Source of the DNA: Eledone cirrhosa
Lineage: Eukaryota
DNA: 64,000 bases
Direction: 5' to 3'
NCBI GenBank assembly: GCA_964016885.1
Contig: OZ024765.1
Location: 6,262,001-6,326,000 of the forward strand
A program made the position numbers and the translations under genes. Shown piece after piece: positions 40,746-54,507 of the stretch; the first letter of the stretch is position 1; each line of letters begins with the position of its first letter. The notes under the pieces are model-generated. The model was not told where the DNA came from and did not search any database. It saw only the letters and a program-made list of their open reading frames with translations.

Positions 40746-42480
40746 ATTAATTAGAGCATGGTGTGGGTATATGTGTATGTGTATGTGTGTGTGTGGGTGT
40801 GTACCTGTACATGAGTGTGTGCATGTATGCGTGGGTGTATATGCATATATATGTGTGCATGTGCATGTGTGTACTTTTACGTGTGTGTGTACATGTATGT
40901 GGTGTGGGTGTGTATGCATATATGTGTGCATGTAAGGGTGTGTATGTACATGTGTGTGGTGTGGGTGTGTATGCATATATATGTGTGCATGTAAGGGTGT
41001 GTATGTGCATGTGTGTACTTTTACGTGTGTGTGTGTGTGTACATGTGTGGTGGTGTGGATGTGTATGCATATATATGTGTGCATGTAAGGGTGTGTATGT
41101 GCATGTGTACATGTGTGTGGTGGTGTGGGTGTGTATGCACATATGTGTGCATGTAAGGGTGTGTATGTGCATGTGTGTACTTTTACGTATGTGTGTGTGT
41201 ACATGTGTGTGGTGGTGTGGATGTGTATGCATATATATGTGTGCATGTAAGGGTGTGTATGTGCATGTGTACTTTTACGTGTGTGTGTGTATACATGTGT
41301 GTGTACATGTGTGTGTGTATGCATATATGTGTGTGCATGTAAGGGTGTGTATGTGCATGTGTGTACTTTTACGTATGTGTGTGTATACATGTGTGTGGTG
41401 GTGTGGGTGTGTATGCATATATATGTGTGCATGTAAGGGTGTGTATGTGCATGTGTGTACTTTTACGTGTGTGTGTGTACATGTGTGTGGTGGTGTGGGT
41501 GTGTATGCATATATGTGTGCATGTAAGGGTGTGTATGTGCATGTGTGTACTTTTATGTGTGTGTGTGTACATGTGTGGTGGTGGTGTGGGTGTGTATGCA
41601 TATATGTGTGTGCATGTAAGGGTGTGTATGTGCATGTGTGTACTTTTATGTGTGTGTGTGTACATGTGTGTGGTGGTGTGGGTGTGTATGCATATATGTG
41701 TGTGCATGTAAGGGTGTGTATGTGCATGTGTGTACTTTTATGTGTGTGTGTGTATACATGTGTGTGGTGGTGTGGGTGTGTATGCATATATGTGTGCATG
41801 TAAGGGTGTGTATGTGCATGTGTGTACTTTTATGTGTGTGTGTGTACATGTGTGGTGGTGTGGGTGTGTATGCATATATGTGTGTGCATGTAAGGGTGTG
41901 TATGTGCATGTGTGTACTTTTACGTATGTGTGTGTATACATGTGTGTGGTGGTGTGGGTGTGTATGCATATATGTGTGTGCATGTAAGGGTGTGTATGTG
42001 CATGTGTGTACTTTTACGTGTGTGTGTGTACATGTGTGGTGGTGTGGGTGTGTATGCATATATGTGTGTGCATGTAAGGGTGTGTATGTGCATGTGTGTA
42101 CTTTTATGTGTGTGTGTGTACATGTGTGTGGTGGTGTGGATGTGTATGCACATATGTGTGCATGTAAGGGTGTGTATGTGCATGTGTGTACTTTTACGTG
42201 TGTGTGTGTACATGTGTGGTGGTGTGGGTGTGTATGCATATATGTGTGTGCATGTAAGGGTGTGTATGTGCATGTGTGTACTTTTACGTGTGTGTGTGTA
42301 CATGTGTGGTGGTGTGGATGTGTATGTGTGGTTGTATTATATGTGTGCATGTGTGTACTTTTACATGTGTGTATGTGTGGGTGTATTATATGTGTGCATG
42401 TAAGGGTGTGTACCTGGTCGTGTGTGTGTACCTGTATGTGTGTGTTTAATTAGAGCATGGTGTGGGTGTATATGTAAATA
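40746..42480. repeat. ~90-bp TG-rich minisatellite
   Basis: Recurrent gcatgtaagggtgtgtatgtgcatgtgtgtactttta, bounded by two copies of ttaattagagcatggtgtggg. Confidence 0.9.
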
Positions 42481-42524
42481 CGTGTGTATGTGTGTGTACA
42501 TATGTGTGCGCATATCATTCAGGG

Positions 42525-42665
42525 TGGTTGTATTGATATTGTTGGTGTTGGTGGTGGTGTTGTTGGTGGTGGTGGTGGTGGTGGTGGTGGTGGTGTTGTT
42601 GTTGGTGGTGGTGGTGTTGGTGGTGTTGTTGGTGGTGGTGTTGGTGGTGGTGGTGGTGTTGTTGG

Positions 42666-42696
<31 letters not shown>

Positions 42697-42836
42697 GTTG
42701 TTGGTGGTGGTGGTGTTGTTGTTGGTGGTGGTGTTGGTGGTGTTGGTGGTGGTGGTGGTGGTGTTGTTGTTGTTGTTGGTGGTGGTGGTGTTGTTGGTGG
42801 TGGTGGTGTTGGTGGTGTTGGTGGTGGTGGTGGTGG

Positions 42837-42867
<31 letters not shown>

Positions 42868-44850
42868 GTTGGTGGTGGTGGTGTTGGTGGTGTTGTTGTT
42901 GTTGGTGGTGGTGGTGGTGTTGTTGGTGGTGGTGGTGTTGTTGTTGGTGGTGGTGGTGGTGGTGTTGGTGGTGGTGGTGTTGGTGGTGGTGGTGTTGGTG
43001 GTGTTGTTGGTGGTGGTGGTGGTGTTGGTGGTGGTGGTGGTGTTGGTGGTGTTGTTGGTGGTGGTGGTGGTGTTGGTGGTGTTGTTGGTGGTGGTGGTGG
43101 TGTTGGTGGTGGTGGTGGTGGTGTTGGTGGTGGTGGTGGTGGTGTTGGTGGTGGTGGTGGTGTTGGTGGTGGTGGTGTTGGTGGTGTTGTTGGTGGTGGT
43201 GGTGGTGTTGGTGGTGGTGGTGGTGGTGTTGGTGGTGGTGGTGTTGGTGGTGTTGTTGGTGGTGGTGGTGGTGTTGGTGGTGGTGGTGGTGTTGGTGGTG
43301 TTGTTGGTGGTGGTGGTGGTGTTGGTGGTGTTGTTGGTGGTGGTGGTGGTGTTGGTGGTGGTGGTGGTGGTGTTGGTGGTGGTGGTGTTGGTGGTGTTGT
43401 TGGTGGTGGTGGTGGTGTTGGTGGTGGTGGTGGTGTTGGTGGTGTTGTTGTTGGTGGTGGTGGTGTTGGTGGTGTTGTTGGTGGTGGTGGTGGTGTTGGT
43501 GGTGGTGGTGGTGGTGTTGGTGGTGGTGGTGGTGGTGGTGTTGTTGTTGGTGGTGGTGGTGGTGGTGGTGGTGGTGGTGTTGTTGTTGTTGGTGGTGGTG
43601 GTGGTGGTGTTGTTGTTGGTGGTGGTGGTGGTGGTGGTGGTGGTGGTGTTGTTGTTGGTGGTGGTGGTGGTGTTGGTGGTGGTGTTGGTGGTGGTGTTGG
43701 TGGTGGTGTTGTTGTTGTTGTTGTTGTTGGTGGCGGTGTGGTGGTGGTGTTGGTGGTGGTGGTGGTGTTGTTGGTGGTGGTGGTGGTGGTGGTGTTGGTG
43801 GTGGTGGTGTTGTTGTTGGTGGTGGTGTTGGTGGTGTTGGTGGTGGTGGTGGTGGTGGTGTTGGTGGTGGTGGTGTTGTTGTTGGTGGTGGTGGTGGTGT
43901 TGGTGGTGGTGTTGTTGTTGTTGTTGTTGGTGGTGGTGGTGTGGTGGTGGTGGTGTTGTTGGTGGTGGTGGAGTGGTGCTGGTGGTGTTGGTGTTGGTGG
44001 TGGTGTTGTTGTTGGTGGTGGTGTTGGTGGTGGTGGTGTTGGTGGTGGTGGTGGTGTTGTTGTTGGTGGTGGTGGTGTTGGTGGTGTTGTTGGTGGTGGT
44101 GGTGGTGTTGGTGGTGGTGGTGTTGGTGGTGGTGGTGTTGGTGGTGTTGTTGTTGGTGGTGGTGGTGGTGTTGTTGTTGGTGGTGGTGGTGGTGGTGGTG
44201 GTGGTGGTGGTGGTGTTGTTGTTGGTGGTGGTGGTGGTGTTGGTGGTGGTGTTGGTGGTGGTGTTGGTGTTGGTGGTGGTGTTGTTGTTGTTGTTGTTGT
44301 TGGTGGCGGTGTGGTGGTGGTGTTGGTGGTGGTGGTGGTGTTGTTGGTGGTGGTGGTGGTGGTGGTGTTGGTGGTGGTGGTGTTGTTGTTGGTGGTGGTG
44401 GTGTTGGTGTTGGTGGTGGTGTTGTTGTTGGTGGTGGTGGTGTGGTGGTGGTGGTGTTGTTGGTGGTGGTGGAGTGGTGCTGGTGGTGTTGGTGTTCGTG
44501 GTGGTGTTGTTGTTGGTGGTGGTGTTGGTGGTGTTGGTGGTGGTGTTGGCGGTGGTGGTGGTGTTGTTGGTGGTGTGGTGGAGTAGTGCTGGTGGTGTTG
44601 GTGTTGGTGCTGGTGGTGTTGGTGTTGGTGGTGTTGGTGGTGGTATTGGTGGTGGTGGTGGTGCTGGTGGTGTTGGTGGTGGTGGTGTTGGTGTTGTTGT
44701 AGCTATTGGCGTTGTTTTTATTGATGTTGCTGTTGTAACTGTTGTTGTTGTTGTTGGTGTTGGTGATGTAGCTGATGATGTTTTTATTGATGTTGTTAAT
44801 GTTGTAACTGGTGTTGGTGGTGTTGTTGCTGCTGTTGGTGGAGGTGGTGT
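42525..44850. repeat. 2.3-kb (GGT/GTT)n triplet array
   Basis: Direct inspection; includes an internal higher-order duplication. Confidence 0.95.
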
Positions 44851-45373
44851 TCCCGCTGGGTGCTTTATGACAATATTCATCTCTTAACATTAAAACACCG
44901 CAAAAATTATACTGGCTTCCATGTTTCTTGTTCTAAAAGGACCCTAAAAATCAAAAGCACCCAAAATCGATTTTTTTTAAAGGATATTATTTGGCTAGAA
45001 GAGAAATCAATAATTTTACGACTTGCTCCCACCTCCAACCTCCCCCATCTCTTTCAACCTTACCCTCATTTTTTTCTTTCTCTCTCTCCCCTATTTATAT
45101 ACTATATATCATCATCATCATCATCATCTTCGTTTAACGTCCATCTTCCACACTAGCATGGGTTATATATGTATAAAAAAGTGTGTATGTATATATATAA
45201 TGTGTGTGTGTATGTATATATATGTATACACATGTGAATATACATATATAAGTGTGTGTGTGTATCTATATACATATATATATGTATATATACATGTGTG
45301 TGTATACACCTGTATGTACACACGCATTCAATGACTTTGTTTCAGTATCATTATATATAAATGTAAATATATA

Positions 45374-45427
<54 letters not shown>

Positions 45428-45861
45428 AATATATATATGTATATATATATATATACATATATATATATACATACATAAAATATATATATTATATATATAT
45501 ATGTGTGTATATATATATATATACACACATACATAAATATATATATATATATATATATACACACACTCACACATACATAAATATATATATATATATATAA
45601 TATGTGTATGCGGTTGTGTGTTCTCTTCAGAAAGATGCTAATATTATCTTTGATGTTGGTTCCTGGCAAAAAGATAAATATGGTTCGTCTTTTGTGGAAC
45701 CACATTAGCTTTTCCTGTAATACAAACATCTGAGATTGGAGCTAGAAATATTCTTTGGTTATGTAATATTTCTGCATTTGTCAGATTTACAAATTCTTTT
45801 CAGTGTCGAATGTGTTTGAAATATGTTTTTATGAGCTTGTTATGATTTTACACCAAATTAA

Positions 45862-45895
<34 letters not shown>

Positions 45896-45943
45896 CACAT
45901 ACATCTATATATATATATATATATACACATACATCTATATAAA

Positions 45944-46446
45944 CTAGCAGATTTACCCGGTGTTGCCCGAGGTTTGAAATTATGCTAAGAATATACAGCT
46001 AGGAAGTAAATTGAATGGAAAATCCCATAAGGATTTAGTTTTTAGGGGTTTGCTGACACAGGCATGTGACTTAAAAGAAAATCAATGCTCGTTTAAGAGC
46101 CTTGTAGTACAGAGAATAAACACCTACAATTTTGTTGCGAGTGACAAAAAAATGTGCAAGCTACAGTTGAAAAGTTGTAGGTCCTAACAGTTTGAATGGA
46201 AAGTCCCATAAGGATTTTGTTTTGATTGATTTCTACCTTACATCATGCACTTTAGAAAAAAATAATTTTGCTATCGATTTTTTTTATTGCTCAACGTGGG
46301 TCGATTTGAAAATGTTTGTGATGTGACCATCTTAGCAACAGGTGCAATGTGCACAGAACATTTGGTCAAATTCGGTTGGGAATTGTAAAAGCCTTAGCTG
46401 TCCAAAGTTGTCCCCACACACACATCCTTGCTTTTATATATATAGA
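45944..46446 (-). mobile_element. Non-autonomous Helitron
   Basis: ctagcagatttacccggtgttgcccgagg at the left end and ...cttttatatatataga at the right end, flanked by a and t. Same end signature as 16377-16967. Confidence 0.8.
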
Positions 46447-46849
46447 TATGTATTTATGTATAATATGAAAGAGTCAGGACTGTTTCAACATATTTATATA
46501 TATATATGTGGACATATATATATATGTTGTTTTACAGCTCACATCTATGCAGGTTTAGCTGGCCTCCCCCAAGGTATATCTCGTTGGAGGTGTCTTGGGT
46601 GATTTAATGATAGGGACCCCTGTCCTATCATCTCATTTCTACAGCTGAGTAAACTGGAGCAATGTGAAATAAAGTGTCTTGCTCAAGGAAACAACACATC
46701 ACACACATATATATATATTTGATATAGAAATGGCTTCTATAAGACTAGAACTGTTTCATTCGGGAGAAATCTTCAGGAAGTATACTGTGGTTACCCCTGA
46801 TTGAACCTGGTGCGTTATGGTCCATCTGGTTCCTTACCACACCTCCTTC

Positions 46850-46893
<44 letters not shown>

Positions 46894-47412
46894 CATACAT
46901 ACACATATATATATATTTTTTCCCTTCGCTGTGGTTCGTATTTTTTCTGTCACCTTACTGCTATCCCCTTTTTCTCTCTCCCTCTTCTCTATCCTTCACC
47001 TCTTGCCTTCCTCCACTCCCGCTGCTGATCATTCACTCTTGGCTGGCCCCTTCCTCACACTTCACTCACTCACTCTCTGCTACTCCTCTCTCACTTCCTC
47101 CCGTCTAACCTACTTGAATTTCTTTCCTCTCTCAATCTTCTCATGGCTCGGACGTGTCTATTTCTTCTCGTCAATTTGATTTGTCGGATTAAGCCCACAA
47201 GATTCATTGACTTGTCTCTCTTTTCCTCTCTTTACGTTGCATTACAACCATGTTGTTTGTTTCCTTCTCTCTCTTATCCTCTGTCCCGATAACTAAATTT
47301 AGTTATCACTCACACTGATTTTAGGCATCTAGTCTTTAATGCAAAGAAATACCAACGATAATCAGCAGACTACTGATGAGGGACATTTAATCTCTTATAT
47401 ATATATATATAT

Positions 47413-47960
47413 ATCATCATCATCGTTTAACGTCCATATTCCACGCTCGCATGGGTTTGGATGGAGTTTTCCCACTTGAGGCAAGAGTGGTTGTCTTGCT
47501 CGCATAGGACTGTCTGGCGGGTTTTCTACAGCTGGATGCCCTTCCTAACACCAACCACATTTACAGTGTGGGACTGGGAGGTTTTTACCGTGTTACCTAC
47601 ACGGCCACATTACAGCGTGGACTGTGTGTTTTTTTTGTCGTGACACCTCCACGACCTCATTTGTTTCGGCCTGGATGTTGTGGTACCAACATAACTTTAC
47701 ATTGAAAGGGGTGGTGTGGATGGGGTGGGGCTAGTGGGACGGGGGTGTATTGTTGTTAGAGATGCCTACTGACTGTAGTAGGTTTTACTTTGTATTTAGG
47801 TAAGGCGAGTCTTCTCTATTACTGTGTAGCGCCAAAGATCTCGGTCCAGTGACATTGTCTTGGAGGTGTAAGTGTGTGAGGTCGGAATTTATCAAGTCGT
47901 CCCAGGTTTTTCTGGGTCTGCCTACTCCGTGGCTACCGTCTATTTTTATTGCCCTGCATT
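47413..47960 (-). mobile_element. Non-autonomous RTE-derived retroposon
   Basis: RTE GRPRKTW end plus a 3' region shared with SINE B. Related copies at 2845-3365, 3485-3770, 4165-4527 and 17433-17800. Confidence 0.7.
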
Positions 47961-48617
47961 TTTTTATATATATATATATTTATTCGTACAGGCCCTCTAC
48001 TCTCTGAGTTCAAATCCTGCCGAGGTCAACTTTGCCTTTCATTCTTTTAAGGTTGATAAAAAAATATACCAGTCTAGTACTGGGGTCGATTCTGCACAGT
48101 TTCTGTCTACCAAGTTTTCTCAGAAGACAGTTACAGTTAAGGCTGTAGTAAATTATTGCCTCTAACGTGTACTAGCAGTGAGATTTCACTTCAAACTATA
48201 TAGCTGAAAGCAAACAAAATAAAAACCTAATTCGCGCCTATAATATATTAATAAACCTCTCTATTCCCCCTGTCCAGCATTAAAACTGTAAAACATGGCT
48301 ATAAAACAATGTTTATTATCATTGATTACTTTACTCAATAAGTTTTTAATGAGTCTACCACCTCAGCAGCTGCTTTTGTAAGACCAGCAGTAGTTTAATT
48401 GGTATAGCAACCCTTTTGCTACCAACAGTGGTGTAACTAGAGAAAATAATGCCTATGGCAAGCAGTGAAATTGTGCCCCTACTCAAACATCAGGACACCC
48501 ATCTTTCAGATAACCATAAAATGAGCTGAAAAATACCAATCCTATACATGAAGCATTTGCAAAATTGTAAGTGTATTTAAAGGGAGTTATCTGTGTCCCC
48601 AGCACTGTATAAGGGTA

Positions 48618-48843
48618 TTAACTCTTTAGCATTTACATTACTCTATTTATACTATTGTATTTTCATAGTAAAGATTTTTTCTTACATAATTATCTCACAT
48701 AATATTGAAGCTGTGAGATTTTGATGTTATTTATTTTGAAAATACCTTAATGTAAGTATGAGCGGCCAGTTATGGCCGGTTTGAACAGAAAGAGGTAAGA
48801 GAGTTCTGGCCGGATACAGCTAGTTTAAATGCTGAATGGTTAA
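48618..48843 (+). mobile_element. TTAA-flanked piggyBac-like MITE (~220 bp)
   Basis: TTAA-ctctttagcattta ... taaatgctgaatgg-TTAA inverted termini. Confidence 0.75.
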
Positions 48844-48887
48844 ACTACATCTTCATTTGTTCTACAGGTAGCCTCTAAGCCTGAAGT

Positions 48888-49470
48888 TCTTCTTTGCTCA
48901 CTTATTCTTGAGAGGGTAGTGGGGGCAAAGCCCTCAAACACTCCTTCCAGTGGGTCCTGTCAGAAGCAACTGTCTCCAACTGACCCGGCTGGTTCCCCAA
49001 ACGTGACCAGCCAAGCTCATGGATGTTATCCAACCATCTTGCTCGGGATCTACCTCTGGGTCTCCTGTTGGTTAGTTTTGCCTGTAAAATCTGTCCAGTG
49101 ATTCTTTCCTGAGACATTCTAACCACATACCAGTAATATCGGAGCTGTGATCTCTCAATTCGAAGTAGCAGGTCTACCTGGAGTGACTCTCAAATCCAAC
49201 GAAGCATGGTTGCTTCATTTCTCTCTCGTCTATGCATGGCCTCTGCAGTCACAGCCCATGTTTCACTACCATGCAACAAGGCACTTCACACAGGCATCAT
49301 ACAGTTGTGCTAGGTGAAGAAGTGCCAAGAAATCCCGGTGGAAGGAAGACCACGAAAAACATGGGCCGAGGTGGTGAGAGCTGACCTTAGATCACTGAAG
49401 CTCACAGAGGAGATAACGAGGGACCGTGACGAATGGAGAGATGCTGTGCAGGGAAAAGCGGACGTAAAAT
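48888..49470. mobile_element. RTE fragments (two families, mixed orientation)
   Basis: Minus-strand MVRMSQERITGQILQAK...RRPRGRSRARWLD, then further RTE pieces ending ggaaaagcggacgtaaaa. Confidence 0.75.
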
Positions 49471-50009
49471 CATAATTATTTATTCTTTGCCTTTAACATT
49501 CATGTTTAATTATTATAAAAGACTAAATGGCTGTTACACGACACTCTTGAGACATGGGTTCAACATATCTTGGTGACAGAGAGTCACAAATGGAGTACTC
49601 TATCTGGATAGTCCTCCCATGTCAGATATTGTTCATCTAAGAAGGATATGTTTTGCTGGACATTGTTACAGGGCAAAAAACAAGTGTCAGCCATGTTCTT
49701 TTATGGAAGCCTGCACACGGTCATAGAAGTTGCGGTCATCCTCAACAACATATCTGGATATGCTATGTGCTGACACGAGAGGAAATTTAATGGATCTTAG
49801 AGTGATAATTGTTTCTACTTTTGGCACAAGGCCAGCAATTACCCAGTGCATTACTGGTACTTTATTTTATCGACCCCGTAAGGATGAAAGGCAAAGCGAG
49901 TGATAATGCTAGATCGAGACAAATGAAAAGAGTACTGTTTATTGGATTGAGGAAACTTGACTCATGAGTGAGTGAGATAATTATTTAAAATTTTTTTACC
50001 CAAATATTT

Positions 50010-50426
50010 TTAACCCTTTACCATTTACATTACTCTATATATACTATTATATTTTCGTGGTAAAAGCTTTACCTCACATAATATTGAATCTATGAGATTT
50101 TGATATTTATTTTGAGAATATTTACCTTAACCCTTTAGCATTTACATTACTTTATATTTACTATTGTATTTTCACGGTAAAGGCTTTAGCTCACATAATA
50201 TTGAATCTATGAGATTTTGATATTATTTATTTTCAGAAAAAATACCTTAATATCAGTATGAGCTGCTAGTTATGGCCAGTTTAAACAGAAAGAGGTAAGA
50301 GAATTCAGGCCGGATATGGCCGGTTTAAGTGCTAAAGGGTTATTATCAGTATGAGCGGCCAGTTATGGTTGGTTTGAACAGAAAGAGGTGAGAGAATTCT
50401 GGCTGGTTTAAATGCTAAAAGATTAA
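50010..50426 (+). mobile_element. piggyBac-like MITE with a second copy (50127-50343) nested at its internal TTAA
   Basis: The outer copy is split exactly at ...accTTAA|tatcagtatgagc. The inner copy runs TTAAccctttagc...gctaaagggTTAT. Confidence 0.85.
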
Positions 50427-50789
50427 AGAAGGGCCTCAAATTTCATATAGCTCAGAGCCTCAGTAGGTTAAAGTCCTGTTCTGTACATACAGTTCAAACA
50501 CACACGCAGACACGCTAAAATAAAATTGTGATTATAATAATAAACTCCACTAAATTTAATCATTGAAACGAAAACTAGACTGTAATGGATAATAGAATCA
50601 GTCACAGTGTGTGAGTTTTTCAAATTTAGATTAATTCTGATAAATAAAAGCTCTTTATATTCAGAATAAATTGAAGATTTTGTAGTTTAAATAAATAGAG
50701 AGAAAAAAAAAACATACAAAGAATTGGTAGGAAGCAGAAAATTATTTTTAGAATTTTAACATTTGTTCAAATTTGTGTTATGTATGTAT

Positions 50790-53340
50790 AGTGTGGTGTG
50801 TGTGGAGGGTGTATGTGGTGTGTGTGGAGGGTGTATGTGGTGTGGGGACTGTATGTGGTGTGTGTCCTATGTATCTGTGAGGGTGGTGTATGGTGTGTAT
50901 ATAGTGTGTGTGGTGTGGTGTGTTTGTGTGGGGATTTGTGTGGTGTATGGTATGTGTAGGTTGTAGTGTGTGTATCTGTGAGGGCGGTGTGTGGTGTGAG
51001 TGTGGGTGTGTGGTGTGTGGTATGTGAAGGTTGTAGTGTGTGTATCTGTGAGGGCGATGTGTGGTGTGTGTGTGGTGTATGGTATGTGTAGGTTGTAGTG
51101 TGTGTATCTGTGAGGGTGGTGTGTGGTGTGTGTGGTGTATGGTGTATGGTATGTGTAGGTTGTAGTGTGTGTATCTGTGAGGGTGATGTGTGGTGTGTGT
51201 GTGTGGTGTATGGAATGTGTAGGTTGTAGTGTGTGTATCTGTGAGGGCGGTGTGTGGTGTGAGTGTGGGTGTGTGGTGTGTGGTATGTGAAGGTTGTAGT
51301 GTGTGTATCTGTGAGGGCGATGTGTGGTGTGTGTGTGGTGTATGGTATGTGTAGGTTGTAGTGTGTGTATCTGTGAGGGTGGTGTGTGGTGTGTGTGGTG
51401 TGTGGTGTATGGTATGTGTAGGTTGTAGTGTGTGTATCTGTGAGGGTGATGTGTGGTGTGTGTGTGTGGTGTATGGTATGTGTAGGTTGTAGTGTGTGTA
51501 TCTGTGAGGGCGGTGTGTGGTGTGAGTGTGGATGTGTGGTGTGTGGTGTGAGTGTGGGTGTGTGGTGTGTGGTATGTGAAGGTTGTAGTGTGTGTATCTG
51601 TGAGGGCGGTGTGTGGTGTGAGTGTGGGTGTGTGGTGTATGGTATGTGTAGGTTGTAGTGTGTGTATCTGTGAGGGCGGTGTGTGGTGTGAGTGTGGGTG
51701 TGTGGTGTGTGGTATGTGTAGGTTGTAGTGTGTGTATCTGTGAGGGCGGTGTGTGGTGTGAGTGTGGGTGTGTGGTGTGTGGTATGTGTAGGTTGTAGTG
51801 TGTGTATCTGTGAGGGTGATGTGTGGTGTGTGTGTGGTGTATGGTATGTGTAGGTTGTAGTGTGTGTATCTGTGAGGGTGATGTGTGGTGTGTGTGTGTG
51901 GTGTATGGTATGTGTAGGTTGTAGTGTGTGTATCTGTGAGGGCGGTGTGTGGTGTGAGTGTGGATGTGTGGTGTGTGGTGTGAGTGTGGGTGTGTGGTGT
52001 GTGAAGGTTGTAGTGTGTGTATCTGTGAGGGCGGTGTGTGGTGTGAGTGTGGGTGTGTGGTGTATGGTATGTGTAGGTTGTAGTGTGTGTATCTGTGAGG
52101 GCGGTGTGTGGTGTGAGTGTGGGTGTGTGGTGTGTGGTATGTGTAGGTTGTAGTGTGTGTATCTGTGAGGGCGGTGTGTGGTGTGAGTGTGGGTGTGTGG
52201 TGTGTGGTATGTGTAGGTTGTAGTGTGTGTATCTGTGAGGGTGATGTGTGGTGTGTGTGTGGTGTATGGTATGTGTAGGTTGTAGTGTGTGTATCTGTGA
52301 GGGTGGTGTGTGGTGTGTGTGGTGTATGGTGTATGGTATGTGTAGGTTGTAGTGTGTGTATGTGTGGTGGTTGTATGTGTAAGTTGTAGTGTGGGGGGGG
52401 GGGGGGGGGGGCTTGTGTGTGTGAGTGGTGTGTGTATGCTGTATGTATATGTGTGTTGCATGCTGTATTGTATGTATGTGTATGTGTGCTCTATGTTGTA
52501 TGGTGTATGTGTATGTATGTGTATGTGTATGTATGTTGTGTGGTGTATGTGTGCTGTATGGTATGTGTGTATGTATATTGTATGGTGTATGTATGTTGTA
52601 TGTTATATGGTGTATGTGTATGATGTATGTATGTTGTATGTGTATGTGTTGTATGGTGTATGTGTGCTGTATGGTGTATGTGTATGTATGTTGTATGTGT
52701 ATGTATGTTGTGTGGTGTATGTGTGCTGTATGGTATGTGTGTATGTATATTGTATGGTGTATGTATGTTGTATGTTATATGGTGTATGTGTATGATGTAT
52801 GTATGTTGTATGTGTATGTGTTGTATGGTGTATGTGTATGATGTATGTATGTTGTATGTGTATGTGTTGTATGGTGTATGTGTATGTATGGTGTATGTGT
52901 ATGTATGTTGTATGTGTATGTGTTGTATGGTGTATGTGTATGTGTGCTGTATGGTGTGTGTGTATGTATGTTGTATGGTGTATGTGTATGTATGGTGTAT
53001 GTGTATGTATGTTGTATGGTGTATGTGTATGTATGGTGTATGTGTATGTATGTTGTATGATGTATGTGTATGTATGGTGTATGTGTATGTATGGTGTATG
53101 TGTATGTATGTTGTATGGTGTATGTGTGCTGTATGGTGTATGTGTGCTGTATGGTGTATGTGTGCTGTATGGTGTATGTGTATGTATGTTGTATGTGTAT
53201 GTATGTTGTATGGTGTATGTGTTTGTTGTATGTGTATGTACGTTGTATGTGTATATATGTTGTATGTGTATGTATGTTGTTTGGTGTATGTATGTGTATG
53301 GTGTATGTGTATGTATGTTGTATGTGTGATGTATGGTGTG
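50790..53340. repeat. TG-rich minisatellite arrays
   Basis: aggttgtagtgtgtgtatctgtgagggc units up to about 52360, then (tgtatg)-type units. Confidence 0.9.
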
Positions 53341-54507
53341 TGTGTACTATATTATATAATATTGCTTTAGACCACAAAAAACATGGGCGGAGGTGGTGAG
53401 AGCAGACCTCAGATCACTGAAGCTCACGGAGGAGATGACGAAGGACCGTGACAAATGGAGAGATGACGTGCCGAATAAGATCCGTCCCACCCTTGCAAGC
53501 AGGGAAAAGCAGACGTAAAATGATGATGATGATGATGCTTTTACCATGTGAAAGTGGTGGATTAGCAGTAGAATCAGTAGAACGTCAGACATGCTTTGCA
53601 GCACAGAGTTACATCCCTTTACATTCTGAAGGTACGTGGGTGAATGGTTAGAGAATTGTATTTGCAGCAATCATGAGGTTATGAGTTTGATTCCCAGACC
53701 AGGTGATGCGTTATGTCCTTGAGCAAGACATTTTATTTCACTTAGCTCCTTCTACCTGGAGTTGAGACCGACAAATAGTATTTTCAGTTAGAAAGTCGAA
53801 TGGAAACATTGTTCCCTCGGTCCGATTTCACGAGCTCCACCCCACTAGTTGAGTGAATGGGGTGTCTGGGATATTGTCGATCAACTGTCAACGTTCTGAG
53901 TTCAAATCCTGCCAACGTTAGCTTTGCTTTTCATCCTTATGGGGATCAATAAAATAAGATACCAGTAATGCACTGGGGTCGATTTAATCGACTAACCCCA
54001 CCCCCTCTTCCAAAAAAAAAGAATTATTGGCCTTGTGCCTAAATCAGAAACCATTTGGCAGTATCGGTAGAGGGTTGGACGCCATGCTTTGACGCATAGA
54101 GTTACGGCCCTTGCCATTCTGAGTTCAAATCCCGCCGAGGTTTACTTTGCCTTTCATCCTTACGGGGTCAATAAAATAAAGTACCAGTAATGCACTGGGT
54201 AATTGCTGGCCTTGTGCCAAAAGTAGAAACAATTATTACGTCCTTTTAAGGAAAAAAAAAAAATCGACTGTGGACATGTCAGAGGTCAGATACTCAAAAA
54301 AAACCTAGGAAAAAAGGTTATTTCTTAGCAATATAAATTTCTGCAATTCTGTCACAACACGTAAAGAGAGGGGAGTTTGAGTACCTCATACTACTCCCCT
54401 CTCTTTACGTCTGCTGCCTGCGTGAATATGTGTGTGTGTATGTCTGTGAGTGTGTATTTTTGTAAGAGTGTCTGTGTTTACGCGTTTATATTTATATACT
54501 TATACAT

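Noticed and set aside
42361-44890. ORFs of 700-839 aa (poly-Thr/Asn, poly-Val, poly-Gly, His/Gln)
   Set aside because: Open in nearly all frames because GGT/GTT repeats contain no stop codons; the dominant triplet frame shifts internally; no domain.
39063-45682. Isolated plus-strand exon candidates (about 39063-39108 TKPTEENNNRIDIL; 45631-45682 [17 protein letters not shown])
   Set aside because: Splice-like sites are present, but there is no recognisable homology or consistent phase chain; not supportable without RNA data.
50763-53399. Cys/Val/Met-rich or His/Thr-rich ORFs (reflectin- or metallothionein-like at a glance)
   Set aside because: TG-microsatellite translations; no reflectin motif.
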